Shown here piece after piece: positions 1-13,269 of a DNA stretch of 64,000 bases (position 1 is its first letter; each line of letters opens with the position of its first letter). The DNA comes from Chrysomallon squamiferum (taxonomy: Eukaryota; Animalia; Mollusca). The DNA is taken from positions 45,508,001 to 45,572,000 of the forward strand of contig CM022665.1 in assembly GCA_012295275.1 (NCBI GenBank), read 5' to 3'. The notes beneath the pieces were generated by a model. The model worked only from the letters and a program-made list of their open reading frames with translations, had not been told where the DNA came from and did not search any database. The position numbers were made by a program, and so were the translations under genes.

Positions 1-269
1 AAAATAAAAAAAAAATAAAAAATTAAATTAAATAAAAAAGTAAAAAAAATAAAAAAGTAAAAAAAAATGTTAAAAAATTGTTTTTTAAAAAATCAGTAAA
101 GAAAGCTGGAATGTCAAATATGATTTTATAATCTATTATTAACAACAGAAATTGAATTATTTGTATGAGAGATGAAAAAAAAAAGAAATGTTTATTAAAT
201 TATTTATATCTTGCATAGCTTTACATTAAACTGACTGTGGTGTCATGGAAACAGGTTACTGATTAGGAT

Positions 270-400
270 GTCACTGGATCAAACTTTGTCAACAGACGCT
301 TTGGGCTTTTTCCCCATTCCAGCCAATATCTCATGGGTGGTTTTTCAAAGGCTGTGGTATGTACTGTCCTGTCTATACAAAGGTGCAAGCAAATTATTTT
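270..400 (+). mobile_element. Decayed SINE fragment, Meta/MESC-type central domain (approximate bounds)
   Basis: Contains 'ttccagcca...aaaggctgtggtatgtactgtcctgtct...ggtgca'. Related degenerate copies occur at about 4420-5120, 19340-19440 and 41110-41225, and on the minus strand at 44520, 47120 and 55220. Family assignment is from recalled similarity, not a search. Confidence 0.55.
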
Positions 401-647
401 CGTTTAGGAACACAAAAGTATATCATGACAAGTATTTGTTTTTCCCTTTTCTCTCATAATAAGAAAAACATAAATGTTTAATTATCAAAACTTAAACATT
501 GGTATGTGATGTCATAAAACAAACATAACAAGGACAGTTATGGCTAACAGGCTACTGATGAGAATTGATCCCAGATCTTTTAATTTTACCACTGTGTTTT
601 GCCCTTTTTCCAGTGCATGAACTATTGAAAGCAAAATAACTTAATTT

Positions 648-682
<35 letters not shown>

Positions 683-864
683 CCACTGATCTAAGTCTCA
701 AACTTTCTTCATCTTAAATAATATTAATTTTAACCAAGACAACTTAATTTTAAATATTATTTCCACAGCAACATTTATCGATTCATTGTGTCAAGTAAAG
801 TAAATTATTTGTGTTATGTAACTCTTAATCACAAATGACACATTTCTGAGTTAAATAACTGATG

Positions 865-1292
865 ATAAAAATAAAACTCTTTGCATAATATAACCCACAA
901 AACATCACAATCTGTTTAATAATTCATAAAACACTAAATTCTTTGATTTATATAACCCACAAACCATTACAATCTATGTTAAATAATTCATGCAATACTA
1001 AATTCTTTGATTTATATAACCCACAAAACATCAAAATCTATGTTACATAATTCATGAAAACACTAAATTCTTTGTGTTTATAACTCACAAAACACCATCT
1101 TTGTTTGTTCTGGGTTTTTTTTTTTTTGCTCCCCACCACCAAATTTCTTTTTTTTTTCTCCCCACCACCAAATTTCTTTGTGTTGTTACAACACATTATT
1201 ACTATCACATTGTTGATCTGTCTTTTTCTCTCCCCACCACCAAATTTCTTTGTGTTGATACAACACATTATTACTATCACACTGTTGATCTG
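865..1292. repeat. Degenerate ~66-bp tandem repeat (3-4 copies) followed by an ~84-bp direct duplication
   Basis: 'taattcat..cactaaattctttgatttatataacccacaaaac' recurs three to four times. 'ctcccccaccaccaaatttctttgtgttg..acaacacattattactatcaca.tgttgatctg' occurs twice. Confidence 0.8.
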
Positions 1293-1527
1293 GACACTCA
1301 AACACTTCCACTGTGTTGTGACGTCTGCTTAGTCAGTGACTGGGAGTCAAGTGAGGAAATTACTTCCTTGCGTCTGCAGGAACTGATGCTGTGATAAATG
1401 TGCAGTGTTTTACATGATTATCACTTACACCCAGTCACAAAGTGTTTGTCTGTGACACTGCGAAGGTTAAATGATGCTGTAACACAACATGCAGGACATC
1501 TCAAATTACCACGTCTGCATTTCAAAT

Positions 1528-1562
<35 letters not shown>

Positions 1563-1826
1563 CTCCATTTTTCTCCTGAAGAACATTGATGTGATACTTA
1601 TCACTTTTTACAAAAGAATGTTGTATAAATTTTTTTTTTTTCATGTTAATTTAAAAGGCAACTCTACAGAGTTATTTAAGGCAAAATGGTGGGTGTTGTT
1701 TTATTACAAATTGCGAAAATGATGGTAGTAATAGTTATGGTAATAATAAAAGAAATATAAATAATAATAAAGCAGGTAGCAGTAGCAGTAGCAACAGCAG
1801 TGGTAATAATAATAGTAATAATAATG

Positions 1827-1872
<46 letters not shown>

Positions 1873-2411
1873 GAAGAATGACCTAACAAATAATATATAA
1901 ATAAATAATAACAATAAAAATATATTATAATTTTTTTTTAGTACAATTACTTCTAAATAAAAATCAAGGGTTGCATTAAATCTTTGGAATAATAAATAAC
2001 TGAAAAGTGATTTTTCAAACCAACATTACTTAAGCCAGCATCTTAAACCATTTAGCTAACTGACAAAAATAATAACAGTAATAAAAAATGAATAACAATA
2101 AGAAAAAAACTATATATATAATGAAAAAAAAAAATAATAATAAAATAAAATAATAATATATAGAAACAAAAGCATAAAAACAAAATGAAGATTTAAATAA
2201 ATAATTAATCACTATATTATTCGTCATTTTCTTTCTGCTTAACCAAGACGAATCAATCATACGCTCAACAAAACACTTCCACATCATCATAAAAACAACA
2301 AACAAACAAACAAAAATATTAATTCAAAAATTTACCAAAAAAAAAAAAAATAATACATATATACATAAATATACACACATTTTTTTACATACAACACTGA
2401 CAACTGTTATA

Positions 2412-3029
2412 TTAACCGATGAAGAAAAACAGAGTCTGAACAAACAGCATCAGAAGATGAAGAAGAAACATAAGACACAGATCGTTCATCCAGTAACGTC
2501 TGATTTTGAATTCGGTGTCCTGCGAGTACACACTGGGGACCATTCCTACAACGTGTGGCAGCAGCTGCACACTCGAGACACCTCTCAGTTCCTCCTCAAA
2601 CTGCACCAGACTCTTCCAGAATCCGTAGTTAGGATAAATGCCCTCTCGCTTCTTCGACACAAAGTCAAACGCCTCTTTCAGCGACATTCTGTGGTGTTTG
2701 ACGAGGTAGGCTAGACACACGCTGGCCGATCGGCTGACCCCAGCGACGCAGTGGATGATGATGTTTCCACCCGCCTGGACGGTGTTGTGGATGTGGTCGA
2801 CGAGGTAGTTGAGGTGCGGGGTGAGGTCTTCGTCAGAGGAGTCTCGCAGACCGACTTTCAGACAGTGCTGCAGGGTGACTGGGTACTCCAGATCGGACAG
2901 CTCTCTGGCTAGGTTCAGGGTATGTGTTATCTTGTAGTCCTCCAGGAGTGATTTGTTAGACACTGCTTGTATTCCGCTCAAGAACACGTGTTCAGTTATT
3001 GCACATATCTGTTTTGTGTTTTTGTGCAT
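2412..3029 (-). CDS. Atypical dual-specificity protein phosphatase (DUSP14/18/19-like), single coding exon, 205 aa, C-terminal hydrophobic tail
   Basis: Has the catalytic signature IHCVAGVSRSAS (HCxxGxSRS), the N-terminal ITEHVFLSG, the general-acid Asp loop (GLRDSSDEDL), and the motifs AYLVK and R..IYPNYGFWKSL. The first true ATG is at 3029; the ORF-track start at 3059 is TTG. Stop TAA is at 2412-2414. Confidence 0.93.
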   Translation of the reverse strand: MHKNTKQICAITEHVFLSGIQAVSNKSLLEDYKITHTLNLARELSDLEYPVTLQHCLKVGLRDSSDEDLTPHLNYLVDHIHNTVQAGGNIIIHCVAGVSRSASVCLAYLVKHHRMSLKEAFDFVSKKREGIYPNYGFWKSLVQFEEELRGVSSVQLLPHVVGMVPSVYSQDTEFKIRRYWMNDLCLMFLLHLLMLFVQTLFFFIG

Positions 3030-4419
3030 GTTGACTGTTTTAAAATGAAACTTCCTCAAAATTTATCAACAAATGTGAATTTGTCAAAAGTATTTCTTAA
3101 ATTTTATTAAAATACTCAAGTAAGTTCTTGATAACTGATCCCTTTTTTTTTAAGAAAGAAAGAAAAAAAATACTTCCATTGAAATAAATTTGTATTATTA
3201 ATATTTTTAAAAACCTTTTTTAAAAAATAACTGAATAAAATGAGAAATAAAAATGAAAAACAGAAGAAATAAAATACCTTTGTGTAATATCAGTTTAAAA
3301 AAAGCACAACAATGCTATATACTAAAAATGTAGAAAAGTCTACAATTTAACACTGACAAATAATAATTTAGTAAATCTAAAAAAAAATATTAAAAAAAAC
3401 GTAAAAAAAGATAATGGAAAAAAAAAAGAACACTGTAATTATATTGAAAATATGTAAATAAAAACCTGCTTTACTTTTTCTATACCACTAATAACTAGAG
3501 AACAGTATGCACATTTTCAGAAGCGTTATTTTAAGTGTTTCAGTGAACAAATAACTCAATAAATACATTTCACGGAGACAAACGAAAAAAAACACAGATT
3601 AATTTGTCTGTTTCTGGATTCTATCATTTCTTAACAATATTAATAAACAATGACAAGTCTGCAGCCATTTTCTTTTCTTCCTTGTGTGTTTTCTTGCCTA
3701 GAAAAGAGAAAAACACTTGACACTAGACTCAGATATTCTTAACTTTTCTTTTCTTTTCTTTTTTTTGGGACCAACAGTTACGAGACTAAGTTCTTTTTAC
3801 CTTTCTTTTCTTTTTTTTGGGACCAACAGTTATGAGACTAAGTTCTTTTTACCTTTTTTTTCAAATTTTTTTTTCTCAGATTTTTTTTCTTTTCACACAC
3901 TCTGTAGACATTCCTTTCAATTCCACAGAACTTGGGTAGTAGATGTAGTAGTAGTAATAACAGTACATTCACAAAATGCCTAAGCTTCTATTCAAATGGA
4001 ATGAATCAGTTAATAGAACATTCTGATCAGTAGGACACACACACACTAATGTGTTTTTAACATGAATGGGGTTTGCACCAGTCAACATAGCAGTGACGTG
4101 GTTATATTAGCAGACATTTTGTATGCAGACGACAACAACAGTGACGTGGCCGGCTGCCATGCTGGACAGTGTGATGTGGAACTGACCAGGTCACAGGTCA
4201 TGTGGAACTGACTGACAGGTATACCGAACGGTCCTGACATTAAACTGTACGAGAGTCAAACTGGATGTAATGGTTTAAGTGTCATTATAACACATTGGCA
4301 AACAGTGTAGTAAATGAAGGATATTTTACTTACATACACATACACATATATATGTTATTGTATGGAGTCTTTGTACACTGAGCTAATTTATTTGAGAACA
4401 GATGTATGACCACCTCTCA

Positions 4420-5120
4420 AAAAACAGAACAGCACAAAAGTTAAAGTGCAAGGTAAAGAGTAAGTGGCCTGCAAAATCAGTCTTAACCAATGGGCTGCCA
4501 CTGGGCCATTTTAGTTAGCTGTTTATCAAAGCAAGTGGAATGTGCTGTTCTGTTTATTGAGAGATGAATATATAAGATTATTATTTATTACTTTAATATG
4601 ATCTCTATCTAGCTTAAAGGGCTGGTTTGAGGGAAAGTTTTCGGTCTTAACCAGTGTTTCCAGTCTGCCATTTTAGTCAGTTTTTTTTGTTGTTATCAAA
4701 CAACATGGATTGTGCTGTTCTGTTTACTTAGAGGTGAATACATAACAGTATTATTTACTGTTCTAAGAAGGAGCTGTCTGCAGCTTAAGGGCTGAATTGA
4801 GATAAAATGATCAGTATTAATGGATGTTCCCAATATGTTATAATATTCACTTGTTTATCAAACAGTATGGTATGTGCTGTTCTGTTTATTGACAGGTGAA
4901 TACATAAAATTAATTTTGTCCATCTCATCACAGACCTGTGTGTTGTTAAAGGTTAAAGTGCAGATCTGTGAGATTAACAGGTCACAGGATCAATCCTGCT
5001 AATGTTTACAATTTACCCATTTCCTAATCTAGCCTGTGTCCCTGTTGATTTATTAAAAACCATGGAATGTACTGTTGTGTGTGATGGAAGGTGCACAACA
5101 TTTCGCATATCAAAAAATGT
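4420..5120 (+). repeat. About four degenerate 165-175-bp tandem units derived from the SINE core
   Basis: 'gtttatcaaa...tggaatgtgctgttctgtttattgagagatgaata' recurs at about 4520, 4693, 4853 and 5050 and matches the core at 270-400. Confidence 0.6.
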
Positions 5121-6099
5121 GATTAATGTTGATGTGACAAAACAAAATTATTTTCTCATATCATCTTTATAATATTAAGAATGATTTGAGATGTCATTAG
5201 ACAAATGTTCATTAATTCACTGATTATTGACATTAAGAAAGTCTGCATGCAAGGAAGTCATCAAACAGGCACTAGAGACAGTGATAAAATTTGCATTTGA
5301 GGATCAGACAATGAATAATAATAAAAACTGAAAAAAAGTAGTAATAAAAATATTAATGGGAAAAAAAAAAAAATGAATAACTGCTGTATGAAAACAAGGC
5401 TGAAAATTATTATTATTTTTTTTTTTTTTATTTATTTAAAAAAATGCTTGCTGAAATACCAAATTAAAAGTCTAAAATATTTTTGGGTCATGATATTACA
5501 GAAATTTTAAAGAAACAAAAAAACCAAAAAAAAACCAAATTAAACACTCAGATTTTTATTAAATTTATAAATCTGCGCTGTAGCATATAAATGACTGCCC
5601 AGATTGCCGTGACATTTAAAACAACACTGCATGTATTTCTTAACACAATGGGAAACCGAGTGCAATGGTGCAAACAACCTACCTCCACCCCCCACCCTTG
5701 CCTCCTCCCCTCCACTCTAGATCTCCCGGCAGATTATCACTAGCTAAATCACGGCGTGTCAAAAAAAGGAATTGTTTAAATATTGAATTAATTGCTAAAC
5801 CTGAAACACATGCGAATATCCATATATATATATATTTTTTATTATTATCAATTTTGTCAGTCATGACAGAGACAAAACAGGCTGCAGTTTGTATTTTTGA
5901 TGTCTTTAAAAAAAAAAAAAAAAAAATATGGTAAATAAATAATTGTAAAACAAAACAAAAGAATTGGATATATAAATAAATATTAAAATTTAATAAAATA
6001 CTTTTAAAAAAGAATAAAAATAATGATCATTATCATAATAAAATAAATAAATAAATGTACAACAACAACAACAACAAAACAGTGCAATAACCAAATGAA

Positions 6100-6572
6100 A
6101 TATATTACAAAATTCCAAAACTTTTTCTCTAAATGAAAATACTTGACAGTAAAAGGAAAACAATACTGTTAGGACTAAATTTCCTCAAGTCACATGCCCC
6201 CCTCCATACACACACACAAAATAAAAATTCCAAAACCTATTCTCCAAATGAAAATAGTTGCAATAAGATGACAGTGAAAAAAAACAAAAAAAACAATACA
6301 GTTAGATCTAAATTTCCTCAAGTCATACACACACACACACATACAAAATAAAAATTCAGAAACGTTTTCTCTGAATGAAAATGGTTGCAATAAGATGTCA
6401 GTAAAAAAAAACCACAATATTGTTAGACATAAATTTCCTTAAGTCACACACACACACACACACACACACAAAATAAAAATTCAGAAACCTTTTCTCCAAA
6501 TGAAAACAGTTGCAATAAGATGACAGTAAAAAAAACAAACAAACAATACAGTTAGATCTAAATTTCGTCAAG

Positions 6573-6606
<34 letters not shown>
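6100..6606. repeat. ~120-bp tandem repeat (4 copies), each with a (CA)n tract
   Basis: The unit 'aaaataaaaattc.gaaac.ttttctccaaatgaaaa..gttgcaataagatgacagt...gttagatctaaatttcctcaagtca(ca)n' repeats. Confidence 0.85.
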
Positions 6607-6608
<2 letters not shown>

Positions 6609-7299
6609 AATAGCAGTGCCGTACTTTATCCACGTGAAGGCTTTTGTAAAATTAATCAGATCACTGGAGAGTTGGGTTTGTTGTTGGTTTTTTGTAAAAT
6701 TAATGAAGTCGCATGAGATGGAAGACATGCGAGGAAGTTTAATAAAAACCTGACATGCAACGAAATCAAAGAGAAGAAATTTGAGAAACCAGTCAGTCAG
6801 TCTCGTGAAGGAATCGGATGGGGAATATTTAAACTGGGGAGTTTGTGTATTAAAAAAACAACAAAAAACCCCTCAAAACCCAGCACATTTTGCACTTTGA
6901 TTTGATTCCACTGCTGTCAAGGGTAAATCGTATTAATTCTGTGTGATGACAATACGTCACTTTTTTCAGCATCTGTAAATTCTTACAAGATACAAAATAA
7001 TCAACCTTGGTAAAGTCAAAATCATAATGATATTAGTTATTAATGACTATTAAATAATAAAAAAAAAATGTTCACAATGTAAAACCTCAGAGCCAGTCAA
7101 TGCATATTTTAGTTCGAAGCTCTGGGCAGATGTTAAAAATAGAAGTATCAGTATGTGATATGTTGCATTTAAAGTCTAAACCATACTTTATCAGTTTTGT
7201 ATGACTATAATATGTCATTGTAACCTCTGAAACTTTCAATATGTATCTTGTTATGAAGAACTGGGGACATCTTTAAAAGGTTATGTCTGGTATGTCTTA

Positions 7300-8240
7300 C
7301 ACAATGATTGATTTGAACTATAGTAAAGTCTAAATAATTTAATTGTACTTGTTTTATATTTGACACATCATACTTCAAGAACTGTGTATGATCTGAACTA
7401 CATTAAAGACTAAATCATATAATTGTACTAGTTTTATATTTGACACATCATACTTCTAGTACTGTGTATGATCTGAACTACAGTAAAGTCTAAATCATAT
7501 AATTGTACTAGTTTTATATTTGACACATCATACTTCTAGTACTGTGTATGATCTGAACTACAGTAAAGTCTAAATCATATAATTGTACTAGTTTTGTCTG
7601 TGACACATCATACTTCTAGTACTGTGTATGATTTGAACTACATTAAAGACTAAATCATATAATTGTACTAGTTTTATATTTGACACATCATACTTCAAGA
7701 ACTGTGTATGATCTGAACTACAGTAAAGTCTAAATCATATAATTGTACTAGTTTTATATTTGACACATCATACTTCTAGTACTGTGTATGATCTGAACTA
7801 CAGTAAAGTCTAAATCATATAATTGTACTAGCTTTGTCTGGGACACATCATACTTCTAGTACTGTGTATGATCTGAACTACAGTAAAGACTAAATCATAT
7901 AATTGTACTAGTTTTGTGTGTGACACATCATACTTCTAGTACTGTGTATGATCTGAACTACAGTAAAGTCTAAATCATATAATTGTACTAGTTTTGTATG
8001 TGACACATCATACTTCAAGAACTGTGTATGATCTGAACTACAGTAAAGTCTAAATCATATAATTGTACTAGTTTTATATCTGACACATTATACTTCTAGA
8101 ACTGTGTATTATCTGAACTGCATTAAAGACTAAATCATATAACTGTACTAGTTTTGTCTGTGACACATCATACTTCTAGTACTGTGTATGATTTGAACTA
8201 CAGTAAAGTCTAAATCATACAATTGTACCAGTTTTTCTGT
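7300..8240. repeat. 80-bp minisatellite, about 11.5 head-to-tail copies
   Basis: 'tgacacatcatacttc' (or a 1-nt variant) starts at 7361, 7441, 7521 and so on to 8161, an exact 80-bp period with no unique spacers. Confidence 0.97.
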
Positions 8241-8904
8241 ATTGAACAGTGATTAAACCAGACTGTTGTACAGACTGAACTTTTCAACAACATTAGTTAT
8301 GCTTGAAGATCATATGTCACCATGTTCATACTGTAATCTCTTAACTAAATCAATATATATTTATAAGCTCAACATTAACATCAACCTTTTCATTTAGATT
8401 TTCATTTTTCTGTCTTTTGTTTAATGGTTTATGTGATGATCTTTATTCCTGGCTTGGGAGTTGGATTTTGTAATTAAATATTAGCAGAAGTACATAATTA
8501 AAAACAGCAGAACATGATCATCTTTTGTTTTCTCTGAATATTTATCCGGCTTGAAGAGAGATTTGGTATGTCCAGGATTAGCATTTTGATTATTATTATA
8601 TTGGAAGTTATAAAACTTTTCTAATTTAGAAAAAAGAAAAAAAAATACTCATGAATTGGTATTAACTGACCATTCTGATGGATTCAAAAATAAAAACTCT
8701 TTTTACAATCTTTAATACAGTTACAAAAAATCAGTGATTAAAAAATAGGAAAATTATTATACAATATATTTGGTGCCTGATTTGATGATGTATTTTCATC
8801 ATCATCATTATTATTATTATTTGTTTTTTTACGGGGTTGGGTGGGGGTAGCTGTTTTATGCTTTAAGTACAGGTCCAATTCATTTATTTCTATTTTGGTA
8901 TAAT

Positions 8905-8956
<52 letters not shown>

Positions 8957-9359
8957 TGTTGATGGGTTTTTAATTTTTCTTTCTTCTTAGTTATTTAGTT
9001 ACATTTCACACAAGTATTTAAGTAACAAAAAAATTCAATCTCCTATAAAATACATTAATTTCGAATTTTAATATTTTTTTTTTCTTCAAAAATTTCTCAT
9101 AAATGAAATATGCTTCCTGACTGACTTACTTGCATGTGTGTTAAACTGTGAAGCACAGCCGACTCTTTCCTGGGATTTTTTACTTTACAATGCAGACACA
9201 GAGCTCATTGTTGTGTCGTGATATGAACATTTGCCGTGTTCTATTCATTAAATGCCACCAGCAGAACAGTTCCACCAGTGACACACAGCAACAAATAAAA
9301 TATTTAAAAACTCCCATGTGATGCATATTCTGACGTTTCAAGCACTTGAAATAGATTTG

Positions 9360-9417
<58 letters not shown>

Positions 9418-10689
9418 ATTTCTATAAATATATATTGAACATGTATGCAGTCTGTTTTATGTCTATGTATGTATATGTGTGTGTGTGTGTGTGTGTGTAT
9501 CTATATGATATGTGTTATTGAAATATTTGTTGTTTTTCTTTGTTTTATGTCTCTATGTCTGTATGTCTGAGTGTACATGTGTTTGCATGTGATATTATAA
9601 CTGTATTGTGCATATATGTGTTCGTTTATGTCTATATGTCTACATGCAAGTATGTTTTATATTTCATGTATATATGTATATAAGTGTTAAAGTGCATGTG
9701 TACGTGTGTGTGTGTGTTACTATAAACACATGTTGAGCATAAATTTATGTCTCATTGTTTGTGCATGTCTGTTTGTGTCTGCATGGTGAATGTATTGCTG
9801 AGTCATGAACAATATATAAGACTACATTATTCTGGTTTGAATGATTCTATCAGTTTGGAACAGACAGTCGTAAAATAAAAAAAATTATCAGTTAATTTGA
9901 GACGACAATACAGGTTCTCCAGTGCACAAATGCTCAAAAAGAATTACGTTTATTTATTTAACAACAACACATTTATTTACCGTACGAGGAACAAGGAATC
10001 AAGGGTTGTTACAGTAACCATAGCAACGGCATATAAATCAATAATTAAACAAACAAACAAATAAATAAATAAATAAATAAATGTATAAAATAAATAAATA
10101 AATAAATAAATAAATGTATAAAATTATTAAATAAAATAAATAAATAAATAAATAAATAAATAAAAATATAAATAAATATATAAATAAATAAAGATAGAAA
10201 AAAAGAAAGAAAGAAAGAAATATTCTTTAACAAACATGACAATTTTAGTCATTTCCATGATGCACTCTGTCATGTCTTAAGTAAACATAAAAAATATATA
10301 AAATTATAACATGCAGTTAGGAAAGTGTTTTGTCAAGCCTTTCTTGCCTATGTATGTATGTGTGTGTGTGTGTGTGTGTGTGTCTGTGTATCAAGCCTTT
10401 AAATCAAAATGTCTCAAACTACTTGTTATACGTGAATCAAGGGTGGATGTTAAAGCCATTGTGACTGTCATTTGTGACTTGAGTTTGGCACACACACACA
10501 TACACAGACACACACACACATACTTACATACATATATAGATACACACGTTCATACAGTGTATATATAATATAAACTTAGTACAAGAAAAACATGATCTAA
10601 ATAAAATGTATATGCAGAGACACATACAGTACTCTATTCCTTATAAGCAAAATATTCGTGAGACAAACATGCCCTCACAGACACACACA

Positions 10690-10740
<51 letters not shown>

Positions 10741-10889
10741 CGTTATCAAACAATCTCATTCTCCAAGAATATAAACTATATCCATTACCTGTGCCTTATC
10801 TTTCGTTCAAACACATACCCCATAACATATAAAACACAGATTAATGTTTCTATCTCTGTTTCCAAAACACATTTATACCACATCAAAGT

Positions 10890-11034
10890 ATCACAGACAT
10901 GTCTCTTATCCAAAACACACACACACACACACACACAGAAGTACGAGTAAGATGACACACAGAAACACACACACAAGCAAACACATACAAATATACACGA
11001 CAGACAAACATATACATACACACAGGTACAAGTA

Positions 11035-11076
<42 letters not shown>

Positions 11077-11172
11077 GTACGAGTAAGATGACACACAGAA
11101 ACACACACACAAACAAACACATACAAATACACACACGACAGACACACTTATACATACACACAGGTACAAGTA

Positions 11173-11205
<33 letters not shown>
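10890..11205. repeat. ~136-bp tandem repeat built around (CA)n
   Basis: 'cagaagtacgagtaagatgacacacagaaacacac...caggtacaagtatcacac' occurs twice, with a partial third copy. Confidence 0.8.
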
Positions 11206-11207
<2 letters not shown>

Positions 11208-13101
11208 AACTATTATACACCACACAAAATTTACATAAAAGTCCTGGGGCAATGCCATAAACATGTTGAACAAGCCATTTTGTATAAAAAAACATCTGAT
11301 TAATGATACCTTATCACATAATATATCAACACCTATGTCAGTCTGATATACTATACTGTTACAAGCTCTTTCAACCACCATTTTAAAAAAAAAATATTGA
11401 ATTTAAACTAATCTTTGCTAATAAAAGTTGACAATAATAATAATAAGAAAAAAAATATATATGACAATTATCAAGCATATAAAGATTAAAATAAAATGAA
11501 ATGAAATGAAATAAAATAAAATAAAATAAATGAAAAAAAAATAAAATAAAATAAAATAAAATAAAAAAATGAAATAAAAAAGTAAAAAAAAATGAAATAA
11601 AAAAAAAAAAAAAAAAATAAAAAAAAAAAAAATAAAATAAAATAAAATAAAATAAAATAAAATAAAATTAAATAAAATAAAAAAAGAAAAGTGTATACTA
11701 TTGGAATCACTCTGTACTTGTTATATTGCTATTACTTTATTACTAATACATACTGAGGTCAGGAAAATGTCACATGCAATATGAAAACAAACATGTACTG
11801 ACACATACATACACCCATAAAACAAAATATATGAATAATTTTTATATACATACATATATATATATTTTTTTTTTAAAACAAAGAGAAGGTTAATCTAAGA
11901 AAAAAAAAAAAAAAAAAAAAAAAAAAAGAAATAACTGCCAATCCAAAACAAATATTTTGAAAGATATATTCAACTGAAAAAAAATATTATTTCAAATCTG
12001 AAAAAAAAAACAACAAAAAATAACTAAAATCTAATAAAAAAGAAGAAAAAAAAAAAATTCTGACATATGAGACATGCATTACAAACCACACACAAACTAG
12101 AAAATAAAAATTACAGATTTAAACAACAACAACAAAAAAACAAAAAACCTCAAAAAACAAACATATAAAATTAAAAAAAAAAAAATTACATTTTTAATGA
12201 TAAAATTCTATCATTTCAAAAACAATGCGAAGAACGGAACAAACTGACCTGGAAGATCGTGATTTCAGTTTAGGCGTAAAACAAAACATCGGAACAGTTT
12301 ATTATGACTTCGCAGTTTCGACGACTGATTACTACTTTTTAAGTACAGCGACTATGTCCCTGCTCAGCAAGAAGAGAAGTACTTGGCTCGCCGCCAGAAA
12401 CACATATTTTTTACCTGGTCACAGGTGTACCTAGTAACTAATGAAGTGGTCATTTACATACTAAGCATACCACTGACCCATAAACCTAGATTGTCCCTCT
12501 GTGATAGCGAAAAGATTTTTTTTTTTAATGTAAGAAACAAAACCCTACCCCTTTTTTCTGTTTTTTTCTTTCTTTTTTTCATAAATCAAAATATGTTAAT
12601 GATAATGTAAAAAAATTATGGTATGATTTTTATTGTAAGTTATCTGTTTATGATTGTATTAGAGGTTTGTAAAGAAAGCAATTTCAAGTAAATGGTGTAA
12701 TGTCATTAACCAGACTAAAAAAAAAAATATATAAAAAAGAAGAATAAATGTTTAACCCTCTTTTTTGATAGAAGCACTGATATGTAACAAAGATCATATT
12801 CTGATATTGGTTGAAATAAAATTTAAAAAAAAAAAAAAAAATTGGTGACTGATTTATCTGTCTGACCATCTGTCTTTCTGTCTGTCTGCATATCTGTCTG
12901 TCCTTTGATTCAGCAAATACAATTTTAAAAATACAAAGACCGAAAGATTTTATCAAATCGATAAATGTATTAAAATTATGTTAATAAAATAATAGTTCTT
13001 TTAATACATAAATATATTTCTCTATTTCTGAATACACTTTATTACACAAATAAAAAAAGAAGTTTCTTATGGGAATTAAGGATCTGATTTCAATGATTAT
13101 T

Positions 13102-13102
<1 letters not shown>

Positions 13103-13175
<73 letters not shown>
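13103..13175. repeat. (GA)n microsatellite, representative of many (CA)n, (AAT)n, (ATTT)n and (CT)n tracts in the window
   Basis: Direct reading. Confidence 0.95.
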
Positions 13176-13180
<5 letters not shown>

Positions 13181-13237
13181 AGAAAATAAAGCATTTTCTT
13201 TAATGAACTATTACATTGGCAGAGGATGAACTAAAAA

Positions 13238-13269
<32 letters not shown>

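Noticed and set aside
2457-2714. ORFs antisense to real exons (also 27111-27605, 51146-51418, 60540-60815 and 36707-36931)
   Set aside because: These are shadow frames of coding exons with no independent evidence.
4062-4211. 49-codon ORF containing 'DILYADD', like the reverse-transcriptase YADD motif
   Set aside because: No other RT motifs flank it and it is too short. It is probably chance, though a tiny LINE relic cannot be excluded.
7300-8240. CRISPR-like regular array
   Set aside because: The units are contiguous 80-bp repeats with no unique spacers, there are no cas genes, and the context is eukaryotic.
9180-11710. Many HT-, CV- and FILF-rich ORFs (also near 19450-19940, 22260-23015, 37700-38580, 44800-45175 and 47540-47830)
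   Set aside because: They are microsatellite or low-complexity translations with no domain signal.
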